Source: an uncultured virus (IMG/VR IMGVR_UViG_3300032233_001922) (lineage: Duplodnaviria; Heunggongvirae; Uroviricota; Caudoviricetes). From it: DNA of 64,000 nt. The stretch lies in IMG/VR virus record IMGVR_UViG_3300032233_001922. One strand, written 5' to 3'. Made by a program: the position numbers and the translations under genes. Of this stretch, positions 19,842 through 29,968 are shown piece after piece. The notes beneath the pieces are model-generated. The model searched no databases and was not told where the DNA came from. It saw only the letters and a list, made by a program, of their open reading frames with translations. Position 1 is the stretch's first letter, and the number at the start of each line of letters is the position of its first letter.

Positions 19842-21224
19842 TTAATTTCTCGCATACTGTATTGTTGACGCTAATTTTTGACCTATTTGATACATTCCAC
19901 CTTGTCTTAAATGCACATCTCCACTTGTTATCAATATTGTTTCAGAACCAACATATTGTTCAAAAGGAACTGTTCTAGTTGCTCCAAAACCATAAACTCT
20001 ATCCGCAGAAACTTTAGTGTCTGAAATAAATATATTTTCGCTTTCTCTGTCGTCGTAATTTAAAACTATTTGTTTATAACTTTCCCAAAGAGAAGCGTTT
20101 GTTTTTCCACAATAATCATTGTATTCAACCGAATTACAAGTACAAATTATTATTTTAACATTGGTATTTGATAATTTTGCATTACTTATGAATTTATCCA
20201 TATTTGCTTTCCATCCAATAAAAAAAATAGGTATTGAACTTGGTTCTAAATTTCTAAAATCATTCATCCCTAATAATATTGTAATTACATCTGGAGCGTC
20301 AATATTCCAAGTGTCTAAATACTTTTCAAAGTTAAATTTAAAATTAAGAGTTGATTGATTAATTATCGCCCAAGAACTACCATTCCATACTTTATAAACA
20401 GAATCATCAGTAAAATACATTACATCATTTGTGTTTGGCGTTGCTCTTACTCCTAAAGAATTTATATTTAAAAGCGCTAATTGATGCGATAAATTGCCTA
20501 TTTCATATTGAGGTGCGGTATTTTCATAAACCCTTTTCCAAAACCCAGTATTTCCATAATAAACATAAGGCGCTTTAGGATGAACAAATGGCGAAAAAAC
20601 TGTGTTTTCGGCAGTAGAACCAGTTTCGTTCATATATTTAAATAAATCCCAACCACTTCTTCCTTCACGATTAACATCGTCAGTTACAGAGCCATAATTA
20701 CAACTGCCTACGTGAGTTACATTAGGTATGGTTTCGCCCATTTTTTTAACATACCATCCAATATCTGTATAACTATCTCCTATTGATAAAACTTTAATCG
20801 GGGTATCTTTTGACAAATCGGAAACTACAATTTCATAATCAGCACTCATTAAAGTATTGTAATCCAAATCTGTCAAATCATTTGAAACATTATATGTTCC
20901 AATTTGAGGATTCTGAATAGTAATACGATTGTTCCTTAAATAACCAACTGGAACGCTTGTATTTAAAACAAAATTAGGCAATACCCTTTTTTGAAATTCA
21001 TCTAAATATATATTGTTTTCAATTGTAGTTAAAAAATGTTGTTTTTTAGGCGCTATAATTTCATTGTTGTAAAAGCTATTTTTTATATAACTAGACAACA
21101 ATTCAATAGTACCTATTCCATCCTTTATCTTCAACTCTCCCGATTCATTATCTACAAATAATTCTAAATTATTTTCAAGAGTTGTAACTACATTGTTACC
21201 TATTGACCGTATTAATTTTTTCAT
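19842..21224 (-). CDS. SGNH/GDSL hydrolase fused to the shared N-terminal module
   Basis: IGDSYT, EGRSGW, LGMND, DVH blocks. Confidence 0.75.
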   Translation of the reverse strand: MKKLIRSIGNNVVTTLENNLELFVDNESGELKIKDGIGTIELLSSYIKNSFYNNEIIAPKKQHFLTTIENNIYLDEFQKRVLPNFVLNTSVPVGYLRNNRITIQNPQIGTYNVSNDLTDLDYNTLMSADYEIVVSDLSKDTPIKVLSIGDSYTDIGWYVKKMGETIPNVTHVGSCNYGSVTDDVNREGRSGWDLFKYMNETGSTAENTVFSPFVHPKAPYVYYGNTGFWKRVYENTAPQYEIGNLSHQLALLNINSLGVRATPNTNDVMYFTDDSVYKVWNGSSWAIINQSTLNFKFNFEKYLDTWNIDAPDVITILLGMNDFRNLEPSSIPIFFIGWKANMDKFISNAKLSNTNVKIIICTCNSVEYNDYCGKTNASLWESYKQIVLNYDDRESENIFISDTKVSADRVYGFGATRTVPFEQYVGSETILITSGDVHLRQGGMYQIGQKLASTIQYARN

Positions 21225-21228
21225 ATTT

Positions 21229-21534
21229 TTATATTTTCCAAAATTTAAGAACTAACCCCCAAACAAAAGAAAGTACTAATCCACCACCAATTAATCTTGA
21301 TTTAAACTCTTTGTCTTTTTCAATGTAAGCATTATGCGTATCTACTTTTTCTAGCAAACCAACTTGACCATAAATTTTATCTCCAATGACTGTTTGATTT
21401 AATTTAGACAACGAAGCATCTACTTCTTGTATCTTTAAACTCATTTGCGATAATGTACTTTTAATCCAGTCTATATCAGTAGAACTTACTGATAATGTTT
21501 CGGTTACTTTTTTAGTAGTTTTTTCTAATGCCAT
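21229..21534 (-). CDS. coiled-coil protein with C-terminal TM helix
   Basis: LIGGGLVLSFVWGLVLKFW. Confidence 0.6.
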   Translation of the reverse strand: MALEKTTKKVTETLSVSSTDIDWIKSTLSQMSLKIQEVDASLSKLNQTVIGDKIYGQVGLLEKVDTHNAYIEKDKEFKSRLIGGGLVLSFVWGLVLKFWKI

Positions 21535-21549
21535 TTTTTTTGTTTTATA

Positions 21550-21960
21550 TTAAATTCCTAACTCGGCTAAATGCTTTGTTAAACTAACGCTTTTAATTTT
21601 TTCATTTTTATTAAAAAACTGCAATCCTATTTGTGAAACTCCATTTGCATCAACATACATAATTATGTGAGAACAAACATCTTGCAATTCAACATTTATT
21701 TCTTTTGAAAACATTTCTAAAGATTTTTTCAAGAAAGGATTTGCCACACTCTCATAACCTAAAAAATCTATTTTCTTATCCATTATATTAATAAACCTAA
21801 CTTTTTCAACAATTTTGTTTTGCAAACATATTTCATAATTTACAGTACTTTCAATGTCATTTGTTACTTTTATTTGAACCTCTGATATTGGAACATTGTA
21901 TGCTTTAGCATATTTTGTTAACCCAGTAATCATAATCTTTTTAACTATTACTTGTACCAT
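21550..21960 (-). CDS. hypothetical protein
   Basis: ORF; probable start at MVQVIV. Confidence 0.55.
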   Translation of the reverse strand: MVQVIVKKIMITGLTKYAKAYNVPISEVQIKVTNDIESTVNYEICLQNKIVEKVRFINIMDKKIDFLGYESVANPFLKKSLEMFSKEINVELQDVCSHIIMYVDANGVSQIGLQFFNKNEKIKSVSLTKHLAELGI

Positions 21961-21996
21961 TTTGTTGTTATTTTTAAGTTTCAAGTGTAAAAATAA

Positions 21997-22557
21997 TTAT
22001 TTTATCTTTAAAACAGATGCTATTTTCGGATTTTTTAAAGCAAAGCTATGCAAAGCATTGTCTATACCCGAACTTTTCAAGAGGTCAGCAGTATATTCAA
22101 AATTCTCTTTATCAAATTTTAAAGTGTAATTAAAACCTAAAAATTTAACTTTCATATTTCCAGACAATTGAATATTTATTGGCTTTCTTGAAATTATATC
22201 ACTCGCTAAAGTCAATGCAGATTCTTTAATTGCTTTTGTATCAATAGTTCCATTTGCTTTTACAGTAAATTTACTACTTGGAAGTATGGTAATTGGCGTG
22301 TTTGATAATGTGCTTCCAAACTTCACATCTTTGAAATAAAATTCTAAATCATAACTATTTAAAGTTATTTCAAAACTCGATTTATTAGTAATATCAAATT
22401 CAACTGATATATTGACATTATTTCCTTCAACGCTCAAAACGTGAAAGTTTTTTATGTTATAATCATAATTCAAAGCTAATCCTACTTGATAAGTAAAATA
22501 TCGGTATAAACCAAACCCAGCTAATCCAAAACCCCCTAAAAATAACCACTTTTTCAT
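21997..22557 (-). CDS. LEA_2/WHy-like domain protein with N-terminal anchor
   Basis: N-terminal TM, then ITNKSSFEITLNSYDLEFY beta-sandwich pattern. Confidence 0.6.
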   Translation of the reverse strand: MKKWLFLGGFGLAGFGLYRYFTYQVGLALNYDYNIKNFHVLSVEGNNVNISVEFDITNKSSFEITLNSYDLEFYFKDVKFGSTLSNTPITILPSSKFTVKANGTIDTKAIKESALTLASDIISRKPINIQLSGNMKVKFLGFNYTLKFDKENFEYTADLLKSSGIDNALHSFALKNPKIASVLKIK

Positions 22558-22560
22558 ATC

Positions 22561-23172
22561 TTAATTTTTTGCTTTTGAATTGGTAATAGTCATAATTAAT
22601 GCTAAAGCACCAACTAATACAACCGCCCCAAAAAATACCCTTTTATTTCTTTCGTAAATGCTTTCGGCTTGTATTCTTGCTTTGTCATAAGCACTATACT
22701 CTTTTGATATTCCAGCTACGACCTCTTGCCTACTTGCTTCTACTTGCGCTTCGCAACCATATTTTATAAAATCTTTTTTCGCACTATCTAAAGCAGTTCT
22801 TAAATTGTCAGCAAAAAGCATATTAGCATCAAATGACCCAGCTTTTTTATTATTTAACGCTTGTTGTGTCCAATTGGCAATTTCCGCAGTGTAATATTCA
22901 ATATTTTTATTTGCTTGTAAGCATTTATCCCTATTGTATTGCTTTGTTTCTGTATCGGAAGCACAATTGTTCGCTTTATATTTTTCAATCAAAGCATCGA
23001 GTTGTTTTTGATTTTTATCAAAATATGATTTATAAGTTTCGTAAGGATTTAGTAACAACACATTTGCTGGAACTTTACCGCTTAACTTTAACTTATCCAT
23101 AAACTTTTCTTTTTCGTCTATTTGCAATTGATTAGTATAGCAAGGAGAACTTAAAATTTGAATTGATGCCAT
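22561..23172 (-). CDS. Cys-containing helical membrane protein (paralog of 23176-23658)
   Basis: DKCLQ...KYGCE, C-terminal TM. Confidence 0.6.
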   Translation of the reverse strand: MASIQILSSPCYTNQLQIDEKEKFMDKLKLSGKVPANVLLLNPYETYKSYFDKNQKQLDALIEKYKANNCASDTETKQYNRDKCLQANKNIEYYTAEIANWTQQALNNKKAGSFDANMLFADNLRTALDSAKKDFIKYGCEAQVEASRQEVVAGISKEYSAYDKARIQAESIYERNKRVFFGAVVLVGALALIMTITNSKAKN

Positions 23173-23175
23173 AAT

Positions 23176-23658
23176 TTATTTTTTTAAAACAACATATAAT
23201 CCTACTATCAAAACCAACGCTCCTACACCAATGTAAACTTTTTGCAAATTAAAAGATTTATCAACTACATTTTTTTCTTGATTTATAGCCGATTTTGTAA
23301 GCAAATTTGCGCTTTCTTTTAATCTATCCTCCTCTATTTTGTTTCTACAATCATTTGATATAAAAGCATTTTCATAAGTTTCTTTTCTTTGTTGCAATGA
23401 TTTTATATATTCTCTATTACCTCCGCCAGTCATTAACTTTTTAGTTTCGTCAGCAATTTCAGTAATTATATTTTTTAGATTTTCATCTGTTTTATAACAG
23501 TTTTCTGCTTTTAAAGGGTATTTATATTCAACGCTTTTACTTTCTTTGGTTTGAATATAAGTGCTTCTAGGATTGTTTTCTGATTGTTGGTAATCCGATT
23601 CAGAACTTCCAACCGTAAAAATACTATGTGTACTTTGACCTTCTAATGCTTTTGCCAT
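23176..23658 (-). CDS. Cys-containing helical membrane protein
   Basis: ENCYK...SNDCR, C-terminal TM followed by KK. Confidence 0.6.
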   Translation of the reverse strand: MAKALEGQSTHSIFTVGSSESDYQQSENNPRSTYIQTKESKSVEYKYPLKAENCYKTDENLKNIITEIADETKKLMTGGGNREYIKSLQQRKETYENAFISNDCRNKIEEDRLKESANLLTKSAINQEKNVVDKSFNLQKVYIGVGALVLIVGLYVVLKK

Positions 23659-23668
23659 TTTTCGTTTT

Positions 23669-23995
23669 TTAATCTTTTATTAATTCAGTTCCGTTTACGT
23701 GATACCCTAACTTTTGTAATTCGATTACCCAAATTGGCAACAATGCTTTGTTTTTTAAGGTTTCAGCATCACTTCCTTTTGTATCTCGCCAAAATACTAT
23801 TTTCTGAAAAATAGGCTTTGCTTTAGTAATATTTGAAGTGTCAACATCAATCATAGAAGTAGCCAAATCCTTAGCCTTTTTATCTAATTCAGCTAATTGA
23901 GTTTCTCTATCTTTAGGCTTTGTCAATGTAAGTAGATAATAACCTACAATTGCCAATCCACTAACTACTAATAATGCACCTACACTCTTTTTCAT
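23669..23995 (-). CDS. single-pass membrane protein (LGY...LIK family)
   Basis: N-terminal TM; C-terminal LQKLGYHVNGTELIK. Confidence 0.6.
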   Translation of the reverse strand: MKKSVGALLVVSGLAIVGYYLLTLTKPKDRETQLAELDKKAKDLATSMIDVDTSNITKAKPIFQKIVFWRDTKGSDAETLKNKALLPIWVIELQKLGYHVNGTELIKD

Positions 23996-23998
23996 AAT

Positions 23999-24193
23999 CT
24001 ATTTTTTACCAACTAAAAATTTAAGTCCTACAAGTAGTACTACTATTCCAGCTACCGCTAATGTGTATTGCAACACCTTTCTATCGCTAAATTCTTTTTC
24101 TTTATCAATTTTTTGCAATAAACTTTCTTGTGTGTTTAATAGAGTTTTAATCCTCCCTAGTTCTTCACTATCATAAACTTTACCTACTGCCAT
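23999..24193 (-). CDS. small membrane protein
   Basis: C-terminal TM followed by KK. Confidence 0.6.
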   Translation of the reverse strand: MAVGKVYDSEELGRIKTLLNTQESLLQKIDKEKEFSDRKVLQYTLAVAGIVVLLVGLKFLVGKK

Positions 24194-24203
24194 AAAAAAT
24201 TAT

Positions 24204-24680
24204 TTAAGATTTGTTTTTACTCAAAACTTTATAGGCTACTAACACCGCCAATAAAATACCTACGTACAAAACATAGTTAGGTTTTTTTTCAGTAGCACCA
24301 ACAGTTGGTTCGGTAGCACTTGCGCCACCACCACCGCCACCACCACCACCTAAAAAAGGAGGTAATGTAGCTAATACATTTTTAACGGTTTCAGAAACAA
24401 CAGATGGTTTTGATTCGTCTAAAATAGGTTGTTCTACATTATTTAAAATTGGCGAAACTATTGTTGGCTCTAAAATCACACTTGTTCCACCACTTGTAGC
24501 GCCACCGCCAGTTGTTGAGCCAGAAGTAGGCTCGTCGCTTAATGTAGCTTCTATTGTAGGCGTTGTTGATGTCGTACCTAATGTACTTGTTGTGCTTGAA
24601 CCTACTGGAGTATTAACTTGACCTTGATACTTTGGACTATTTGCAAAAGTAATACTTGGAATTATTGTTGGAAAAGGCAT
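24204..24680 (-). CDS. Ser/Thr/Gly low-complexity membrane protein
   Basis: Thr/Ser-rich stalk, poly-Gly run, C-terminal TM. Confidence 0.65.
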   Translation of the reverse strand: MPFPTIIPSITFANSPKYQGQVNTPVGSSTTSTLGTTSTTPTIEATLSDEPTSGSTTGGGATSGGTSVILEPTIVSPILNNVEQPILDESKPSVVSETVKNVLATLPPFLGGGGGGGGGASATEPTVGATEKKPNYVLYVGILLAVLVAYKVLSKNKS

Positions 24681-24693
24681 AATATATTTTTTT

Positions 24694-25209
24694 TTAAATT
24701 GTTAAACCAGCATTTGTTACTGTTTTTTTAATCAAATTATAAGTTGGCATATTCAAATAACCAACCTCTTTGTTAAACCATTCTACTAAATCTAAATCAC
24801 TATATCCAAAAAGATAAGCACCAGCAGTAGGTTCTCCGTACAAATAATAACTTTTTCTACCAAAAGCATTATAAACTTTTAAAAAGTCGTCTTTTTTCTG
24901 TAATTTATTAAGGATTGATGTAATCATACCACTATCTGTACCAGCATCTTTCATCGAATTAAATAATTGATTAGCATAGCTATTAGCCATAGAATCACTT
25001 ATTGTTGTTTTGCTATCATCTACTTCAATTGGCGTGAATTTTGTCGCTCCTACTGAACTATCTTTTAAAAAACCTCCTATACCACCTTTCAATCTGTTTA
25101 CCAAAGCATAGCCTAAAACAACGACTGCTATTGCACCACCTACGTAAAGTAATGGTTTTTTATTGTTTGAGATAAAATCCCCAACATTTGAAACATAATT
25201 TGATTTCAT
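24694..25209 (-). CDS. membrane-anchored protein
   Basis: TM LLYVGGAIAVVVLGYALV followed by a helical domain (MKDAGTD...VYNAFG). Confidence 0.6.
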   Translation of the reverse strand: MKSNYVSNVGDFISNNKKPLLYVGGAIAVVVLGYALVNRLKGGIGGFLKDSSVGATKFTPIEVDDSKTTISDSMANSYANQLFNSMKDAGTDSGMITSILNKLQKKDDFLKVYNAFGRKSYYLYGEPTAGAYLFGYSDLDLVEWFNKEVGYLNMPTYNLIKKTVTNAGLTI

Positions 25210-25213
25210 CTTT

Positions 25214-25480
25214 TTATTTTTTTACAGTTGAACCACCTTTTGTATTGTAAGTTTTATTGTTAAAAACAAATGTTGATTTATTGTCTTTAACTGCGTTTGC
25301 CCACGCTGACAAAAATTCTGGTTGAAAAGTCAATAAAACAGTTTTGTTGGAAGCATTACCCGACAAAATAATAGTATCTACATCGCCTAAATTTTTATTT
25401 TTTTGAACTCTTGTGTAAAGGAAATATCCCCCACCAACAAGTATCAATAAAGCAACTACTTTAAATGCACTATCTTTCAT
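25214..25480 (-). CDS. small membrane protein
   Basis: N-terminal TM. Confidence 0.6.
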   Translation of the reverse strand: MKDSAFKVVALLILVGGGYFLYTRVQKNKNLGDVDTIILSGNASNKTVLLTFQPEFLSAWANAVKDNKSTFVFNNKTYNTKGGSTVKK

Positions 25481-25482
25481 AA

Positions 25483-25884
25483 TTAGCTAATTTTGATTAA
25501 TTTATTTTGATTGTCAAGTGCATATCCAAATGCTTTTAACTTAACCATTTTTTTATCTATTTCAGACTGTACGTTTGCACGACTACTTGCTTTTTTAAAT
25601 CCATTTCTTTTAGAAATATCCGCAAGTATTTCTTCTCTCAATGAATTTATTGCTGACAAATCTTCATCACTTAATGTTTTTACAACTGGTTTAATTGGCA
25701 ATCCCGTAACTGGGTCTGTTGTTTGTGTTACTGTTGTAGGCGTTGTTGCTGAATCTGTCGTAGGTGTTTCGCTTTTTGTAATTGCAGAAACAGTACTAAT
25801 TGGCTTTTTGTTTTTCATATACAAAAAAACTAATCCACCAACCAATAACAATCCCCCACCGATGTAAATATACTTTTTATCCAT
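25483..25884 (-). CDS. membrane protein (LGY...LIK family)
   Basis: N-terminal TM; LKAFGYALDNQNKLIK. Confidence 0.6.
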   Translation of the reverse strand: MDKKYIYIGGGLLLVGGLVFLYMKNKKPISTVSAITKSETPTTDSATTPTTVTQTTDPVTGLPIKPVVKTLSDEDLSAINSLREEILADISKRNGFKKASSRANVQSEIDKKMVKLKAFGYALDNQNKLIKIS

Positions 25885-25885
25885 T

Positions 25886-26236
25886 TTATAATTTTATTAA
25901 ATTTTGGTTTTCAACTTTATAACCAAGTCCTTTCAATTTTAAATCTAAACTTTTCAATTGTTTGCTTAAAATAGTATCAAAACTTCCAGAAGTGTTTTTT
26001 AAAATAGCTTGTTGAAGTTTAACGTACCTTTCAAAAATAGGTTGAACGGTTTTATCAATTTCAATTTCTTTAATTTGTTCCAAACTCTTAGGAACTTCCA
26101 TAGGCGGTACACTAACTGATTGACCCCCTAAAATAGGATTTGAAACCGATTGATTTTCTTTGTTTTTTGCATAATACAAATACAAGCCAACTACGACTAA
26201 AACCCCTCCTACTATATAAAATCCTTTATGGTTCAT
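25886..26236 (-). CDS. membrane protein (LGY...LIK family)
   Basis: N-terminal TM; LKGLGYKVENQNLIK. Confidence 0.6.
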   Translation of the reverse strand: MNHKGFYIVGGVLVVVGLYLYYAKNKENQSVSNPILGGQSVSVPPMEVPKSLEQIKEIEIDKTVQPIFERYVKLQQAILKNTSGSFDTILSKQLKSLDLKLKGLGYKVENQNLIKL

Positions 26237-26237
26237 T

Positions 26238-26567
26238 TTAAGATTGATTTAAGGCGTTCAAACTAATTTTTTTAACTCCTTTAGCTTCTAGTAGCGCTTT
26301 TTCTGTCATAGAGCCAAATTCCCCATCTACACCGTTTTTTTCAGCACCGCTATAACCTAAATCTGCTCCATACTTATTTACAAGTACTCTTTGCAATTCC
26401 GCAACTTCATCCCCAGTAGAACCTTTTGATAAAACTAAATCTAAATTCAAAGAATCTAAATTAACGTTACTCGGCATATTTTTAAGCCATTTGCTAACAA
26501 CGACTAATCCCAATAGAATTGCACCTAAAGAAATCCAAATCATTTTATTTTTATTGTCTAATTTCAT
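26238..26567 (-). CDS. membrane-anchored peptidoglycan-binding domain protein
   Basis: LSKGSTGDEVAELQRVL...VDGEFGSMTEKAL (PG_binding_1 pattern). Confidence 0.75.
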   Translation of the reverse strand: MKLDNKNKMIWISLGAILLGLVVVSKWLKNMPSNVNLDSLNLDLVLSKGSTGDEVAELQRVLVNKYGADLGYSGAEKNGVDGEFGSMTEKALLEAKGVKKISLNALNQS

Positions 26568-26579
26568 AATTACTGTTTT

Positions 26580-27365
26580 TTATTGTAAAACCATTTTGTT
26601 TTTTTCAAAATTTCTGATAAAATTATCAATCCTTTGAAATCTTTTGCCATTCTGTTCACTCGGTGTCGTTTTAAATACTTCCGCAAACGCTTGATAACCC
26701 TCTACTCTTGGGTAGCCTAATCCTAAATAAATTAAAAGTCCGTTTATATCCGCTTCGCTTTCATCATCCATATTTTCATTAACGTAAAAATGACTGAACT
26801 CGTGAGTTAAAATTGCCAATCTCATAGGAACTGTATAATTATCAAATAATTTTTTTGATACTTGTATTCTACCAGTCATTTTTGATATACGAGCTGGTGT
26901 ACTCATCACTTTTCCGTTTTTATCAATAATTTGAGGTACATACTCAATCATAAATTCTCCATTGTCCGATTGATATGATTTGTTAGTAGCTAAATAAGAT
27001 GAATTGAAACAAAATCTTTGTGCGAAATCAACAAAATACCTAACATTTTTATTTTGAATGTCAATAACATCTAAGCGTTTTTCCAAAGGTGTTTTATCAA
27101 TAGAAAGTACTTTTATGTTTGGCGTTTTTTCTTTCGGCAAATCGCCCATTTTCTCGTCATAAATGCAAATAATTAATGAATTTGAAGTCAAAGGCAATCG
27201 TATATAAAAAGTTTCCTCTCCATTTACAGTTTTATACCTATCTGTAAAAACCGTTTTAGGTTTAGCTTCGTCATATATTTTAATTTTGACAACTGTTTGA
27301 GTAGTTGTAGCTACTTTAATAACTAAACACATTTCGTCAAATCTCGTTTGCATCCTAAACTTCAT
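26580..27365 (-). CDS. zincin-type metalloprotease (putative)
   Basis: ILTHEFSHF followed by ESEAD third-ligand motif. Confidence 0.7.
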   Translation of the reverse strand: MKFRMQTRFDEMCLVIKVATTTQTVVKIKIYDEAKPKTVFTDRYKTVNGEETFYIRLPLTSNSLIICIYDEKMGDLPKEKTPNIKVLSIDKTPLEKRLDVIDIQNKNVRYFVDFAQRFCFNSSYLATNKSYQSDNGEFMIEYVPQIIDKNGKVMSTPARISKMTGRIQVSKKLFDNYTVPMRLAILTHEFSHFYVNENMDDESEADINGLLIYLGLGYPRVEGYQAFAEVFKTTPSEQNGKRFQRIDNFIRNFEKNKMVLQ

Positions 27366-27367
27366 AA

Positions 27368-27682
27368 TTATTTTCTTTTTTTGTAAATGCTATACCCAAT
27401 AGCACCACCAATTATAACTAAACTTGAAATTAAAACCCATTTATTTAATCCTAAAACTAAATTTTTATTAGCTTCTATTTTTTTTATGTTTGAAGCTGGA
27501 GCATCTATACCAAGAGAATTTTTAATATCTTTCGTAAGATTTTCAGCTAAAGTGTTTGGTATAATTACCCCTTTATCTTTTTCTCTTTGAATCCAATCTT
27601 TGAAACTCAAAGTAGTTCCGCTTTCTTTCCAAAGTTTGTTAGCACTTTGACCGCTTTGTAATAAATCTTGCAATTCCTCCAT
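27368..27682 (-). CDS. membrane protein
   Basis: C-terminal TM followed by KKRK. Confidence 0.6.
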   Translation of the reverse strand: MEELQDLLQSGQSANKLWKESGTTLSFKDWIQREKDKGVIIPNTLAENLTKDIKNSLGIDAPASNIKKIEANKNLVLGLNKWVLISSLVIIGGAIGYSIYKKRK

Positions 27683-27687
27683 TGTTG

Positions 27688-28282
27688 TTATTTTTTAGTT
27701 TCTTGACTTTTTTTAATAGCATCTTGCATACCTAATTGTTTTGGTTTGTAATAGACAAAGTATAAGTACGATAACGCACCTATACCGCCTATTACTAAAA
27801 CATAACCTATTGCTTTATTCATAATAAATGAATTATCCTTTTTGGCTTCTTTGCCACGCTTTTCCAACAACCCAAACGGTTACGAAAAGAACTAACACAC
27901 TTGCTCCTACACTTACTAAAGTTGTTGTAAGATTTTTTTTCTTATCTGTTTCAACCAAAGGTGTTGAAGTTGGCAATATTGAATCTACTGTTTCTAACAT
28001 AATTTTTAATTTTTAATTTTTAATTTTAAGTTGATGGTGTATCTGCACCATCTTTTAACGCTTGAACTTTCTGTTTTTCAGAATATTGACTATAAAAGTA
28101 ATATCCTAAAACGAATAAACCTAATCCTATCAAAACTTTATTGTTTTTTGATAGACTTTGAATACGCTTCATTATTCTTGTGATTTTTTCCAACCCTTAC
28201 CAATAATCCAAACATATCCGTAAATTACCGCTACTGAAAAAGCAAGTCCTAAAACTACTCCTACTAAATTTGGTTTTTTCAT
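27688..28282 (-). other. run of four micro membrane-protein genes (27688-27822, 27833-28000, 28026-28172, 28172-28282), mostly below the ORF-track cutoff
   Basis: Manual translation gives 44, 55, 48 and 36 aa, each with one TM; two end in VWVVGKAWQRSQKG and VWIIGKGWKKSQE. Confidence 0.6.
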
Positions 28283-28297
28283 TTTTATAATTTTTAA

Positions 28298-28522
28298 TTA
28301 CTCTTTTGTTACTAAAATTGCAGTAGCAACCCCACCTATGATAGCACCAATAAGACCGCTTACATAAACATTTTTGTTTTTGTAGTGTCCTATCATTAAC
28401 CCTAAAACAAGTCCAGTTACCGCACCGCTTACTGATGCTTTTGAAGTATGTAGCAAGACATCTCGTTTATCTTTGCTAACTATACTTTTAACATCTGACA
28501 TATAATCTTTTACTTCTTCCAT
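28298..28522 (-). CDS. small two-TM membrane protein
   Basis: Two Gly-rich hydrophobic helices. Confidence 0.6.
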   Translation of the reverse strand: MEEVKDYMSDVKSIVSKDKRDVLLHTSKASVSGAVTGLVLGLMIGHYKNKNVYVSGLIGAIIGGVATAILVTKE

Positions 28523-28526
28523 AACC

Positions 28527-28835
28527 TTATTTGTTTCGTGTTACTGCAAATATTACAAGTCCTAAAACTAAAACGCCACCAACTCCTAAAGCGATATATA
28601 AAGTTGTATTACCGCCTTGTTTTGGTTGTTGTGCTTGTAGCATTAATTCGGCTTGTTTAGTTCTTTCTCTTTCAACCGCTAAAGCATTTTCGCCTTGTAA
28701 AGCAGAAATATTAGCTTGACCTTTTAAAAGTTGCTTTTGTTGATTGGATGAAATAGCAGTACCAATTGCTCCTAAACCAAAATTAATACCACTACCTATT
28801 GCGGATTGACCGCTTTCCGTTCCGAACCAACTCAT
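28527..28835 (-). CDS. Gly-rich coiled-coil membrane protein
   Basis: Layout parallels 11289-11648. Confidence 0.6.
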   Translation of the reverse strand: MSWFGTESGQSAIGSGINFGLGAIGTAISSNQQKQLLKGQANISALQGENALAVERERTKQAELMLQAQQPKQGGNTTLYIALGVGGVLVLGLVIFAVTRNK

Positions 28836-28837
28836 AA

Positions 28838-29473
28838 TTATTTCTTTTTAGTAGCGAAATAAATCGCAGTTCCAACCCCAGCAACTCCCAATAGTCCTAA
28901 TACAACCCAAAGAACCGTGTTTGAACCTCCTTTGGTATTACTACCAGTTTTTGTTCCACCTTGTGATAAAAGCACTTGATTTTGAGAAGTCGTTACAGAA
29001 GCATTAGCCAACGCTCTATCTGTTTTATTTTTGTCCGCTTGTAAGTAAGAAGTCACTCCAAACTCTACGCCAGAAAGAACCTTATTCCAATCAAAACCAC
29101 CGCTTTTTTTTGTGTTAGAATCAATTGACTTATTTGCTAAATCACTTACTGGTGTTTTAGTTAAAAAATCAGTTGTTGCGAATTGACTTTTATACCCCAA
29201 AGAGGTATCAAAAGCACCACCAGCATTGGCATAGCCATCAAAAGATGATGCCAATCCACCTACTACCTCTTTACTTGATAGTAATTTCATAAATTCAGCA
29301 TAAAAGTTTTTTGAAACTTTTAATAATTCAGTTACGAGTTGTGCTACTTGAACATCAGTAGAACCACTTGGAACTACTACGCCATTTCTTAATAGCAAAG
29401 CAACGACTTTGCTTCTAAAATTATGAACAACGTATAACAATACTTTTGCTCCTAAATCTACTTGTGTACTCAT
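28838..29473 (-). CDS. membrane protein
   Basis: C-terminal TM followed by KKK; YANAGG motif. Confidence 0.65.
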   Translation of the reverse strand: MSTQVDLGAKVLLYVVHNFRSKVVALLLRNGVVVPSGSTDVQVAQLVTELLKVSKNFYAEFMKLLSSKEVVGGLASSFDGYANAGGAFDTSLGYKSQFATTDFLTKTPVSDLANKSIDSNTKKSGGFDWNKVLSGVEFGVTSYLQADKNKTDRALANASVTTSQNQVLLSQGGTKTGSNTKGGSNTVLWVVLGLLGVAGVGTAIYFATKKK

Positions 29474-29474
29474 T

Positions 29475-29876
29475 TTATTTGTTTTTTAAAATTAATGCAG
29501 TTGCTATAAATAAAGTAGCTACAACCAAAATAACATTTGTTTGATGCGCCAAAGTATTTGAATTGGTATTCGTTACCGCTTCGCTTCCAGTAGCGTTCAT
29601 ATAATGCTCGTTACGTTCTTTATGTTTGTTACTACAAGAGGAACAACCACAATCTTTTTTGTTATCAGTTACCGTAGTACCAAATAATTCCAAAATAACA
29701 TCTTTGTCTGGGTGTATTTCCATTACTTTACGCAATGCTGGTTCGCCTTCTTGTGCTATCAATTCATTTAAACTTTGTCCTAAATTACTTCTATCAAGTA
29801 TTTCATATCCAAATGAACTTATAACTGCCACAGAACCTTGTGGATTTCTTTTTGCAATATCATTATAATCTGACAT
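29475..29876 (-). CDS. membrane protein with CGCSSC motif
   Basis: C-terminal TM; YMNATG motif. Confidence 0.65.
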   Translation of the reverse strand: MSDYNDIAKRNPQGSVAVISSFGYEILDRSNLGQSLNELIAQEGEPALRKVMEIHPDKDVILELFGTTVTDNKKDCGCSSCSNKHKERNEHYMNATGSEAVTNTNSNTLAHQTNVILVVATLFIATALILKNK

Positions 29877-29893
29877 AATTATCGGTTTTAAGC

Positions 29894-29936
29894 AAAAAAG
29901 AGCAAGTTAGATTAAATCAGACTTGCTCTCTTTTTT
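29894..29936 (-). terminator. intrinsic terminator downstream of the capsid candidate
   Basis: GAGCAAGT...ACTTGCTC stem with A/T tails. Confidence 0.7.
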
Positions 29937-29968
29937 ATTATACACTAATTCGATTTATCCAAAGATAA

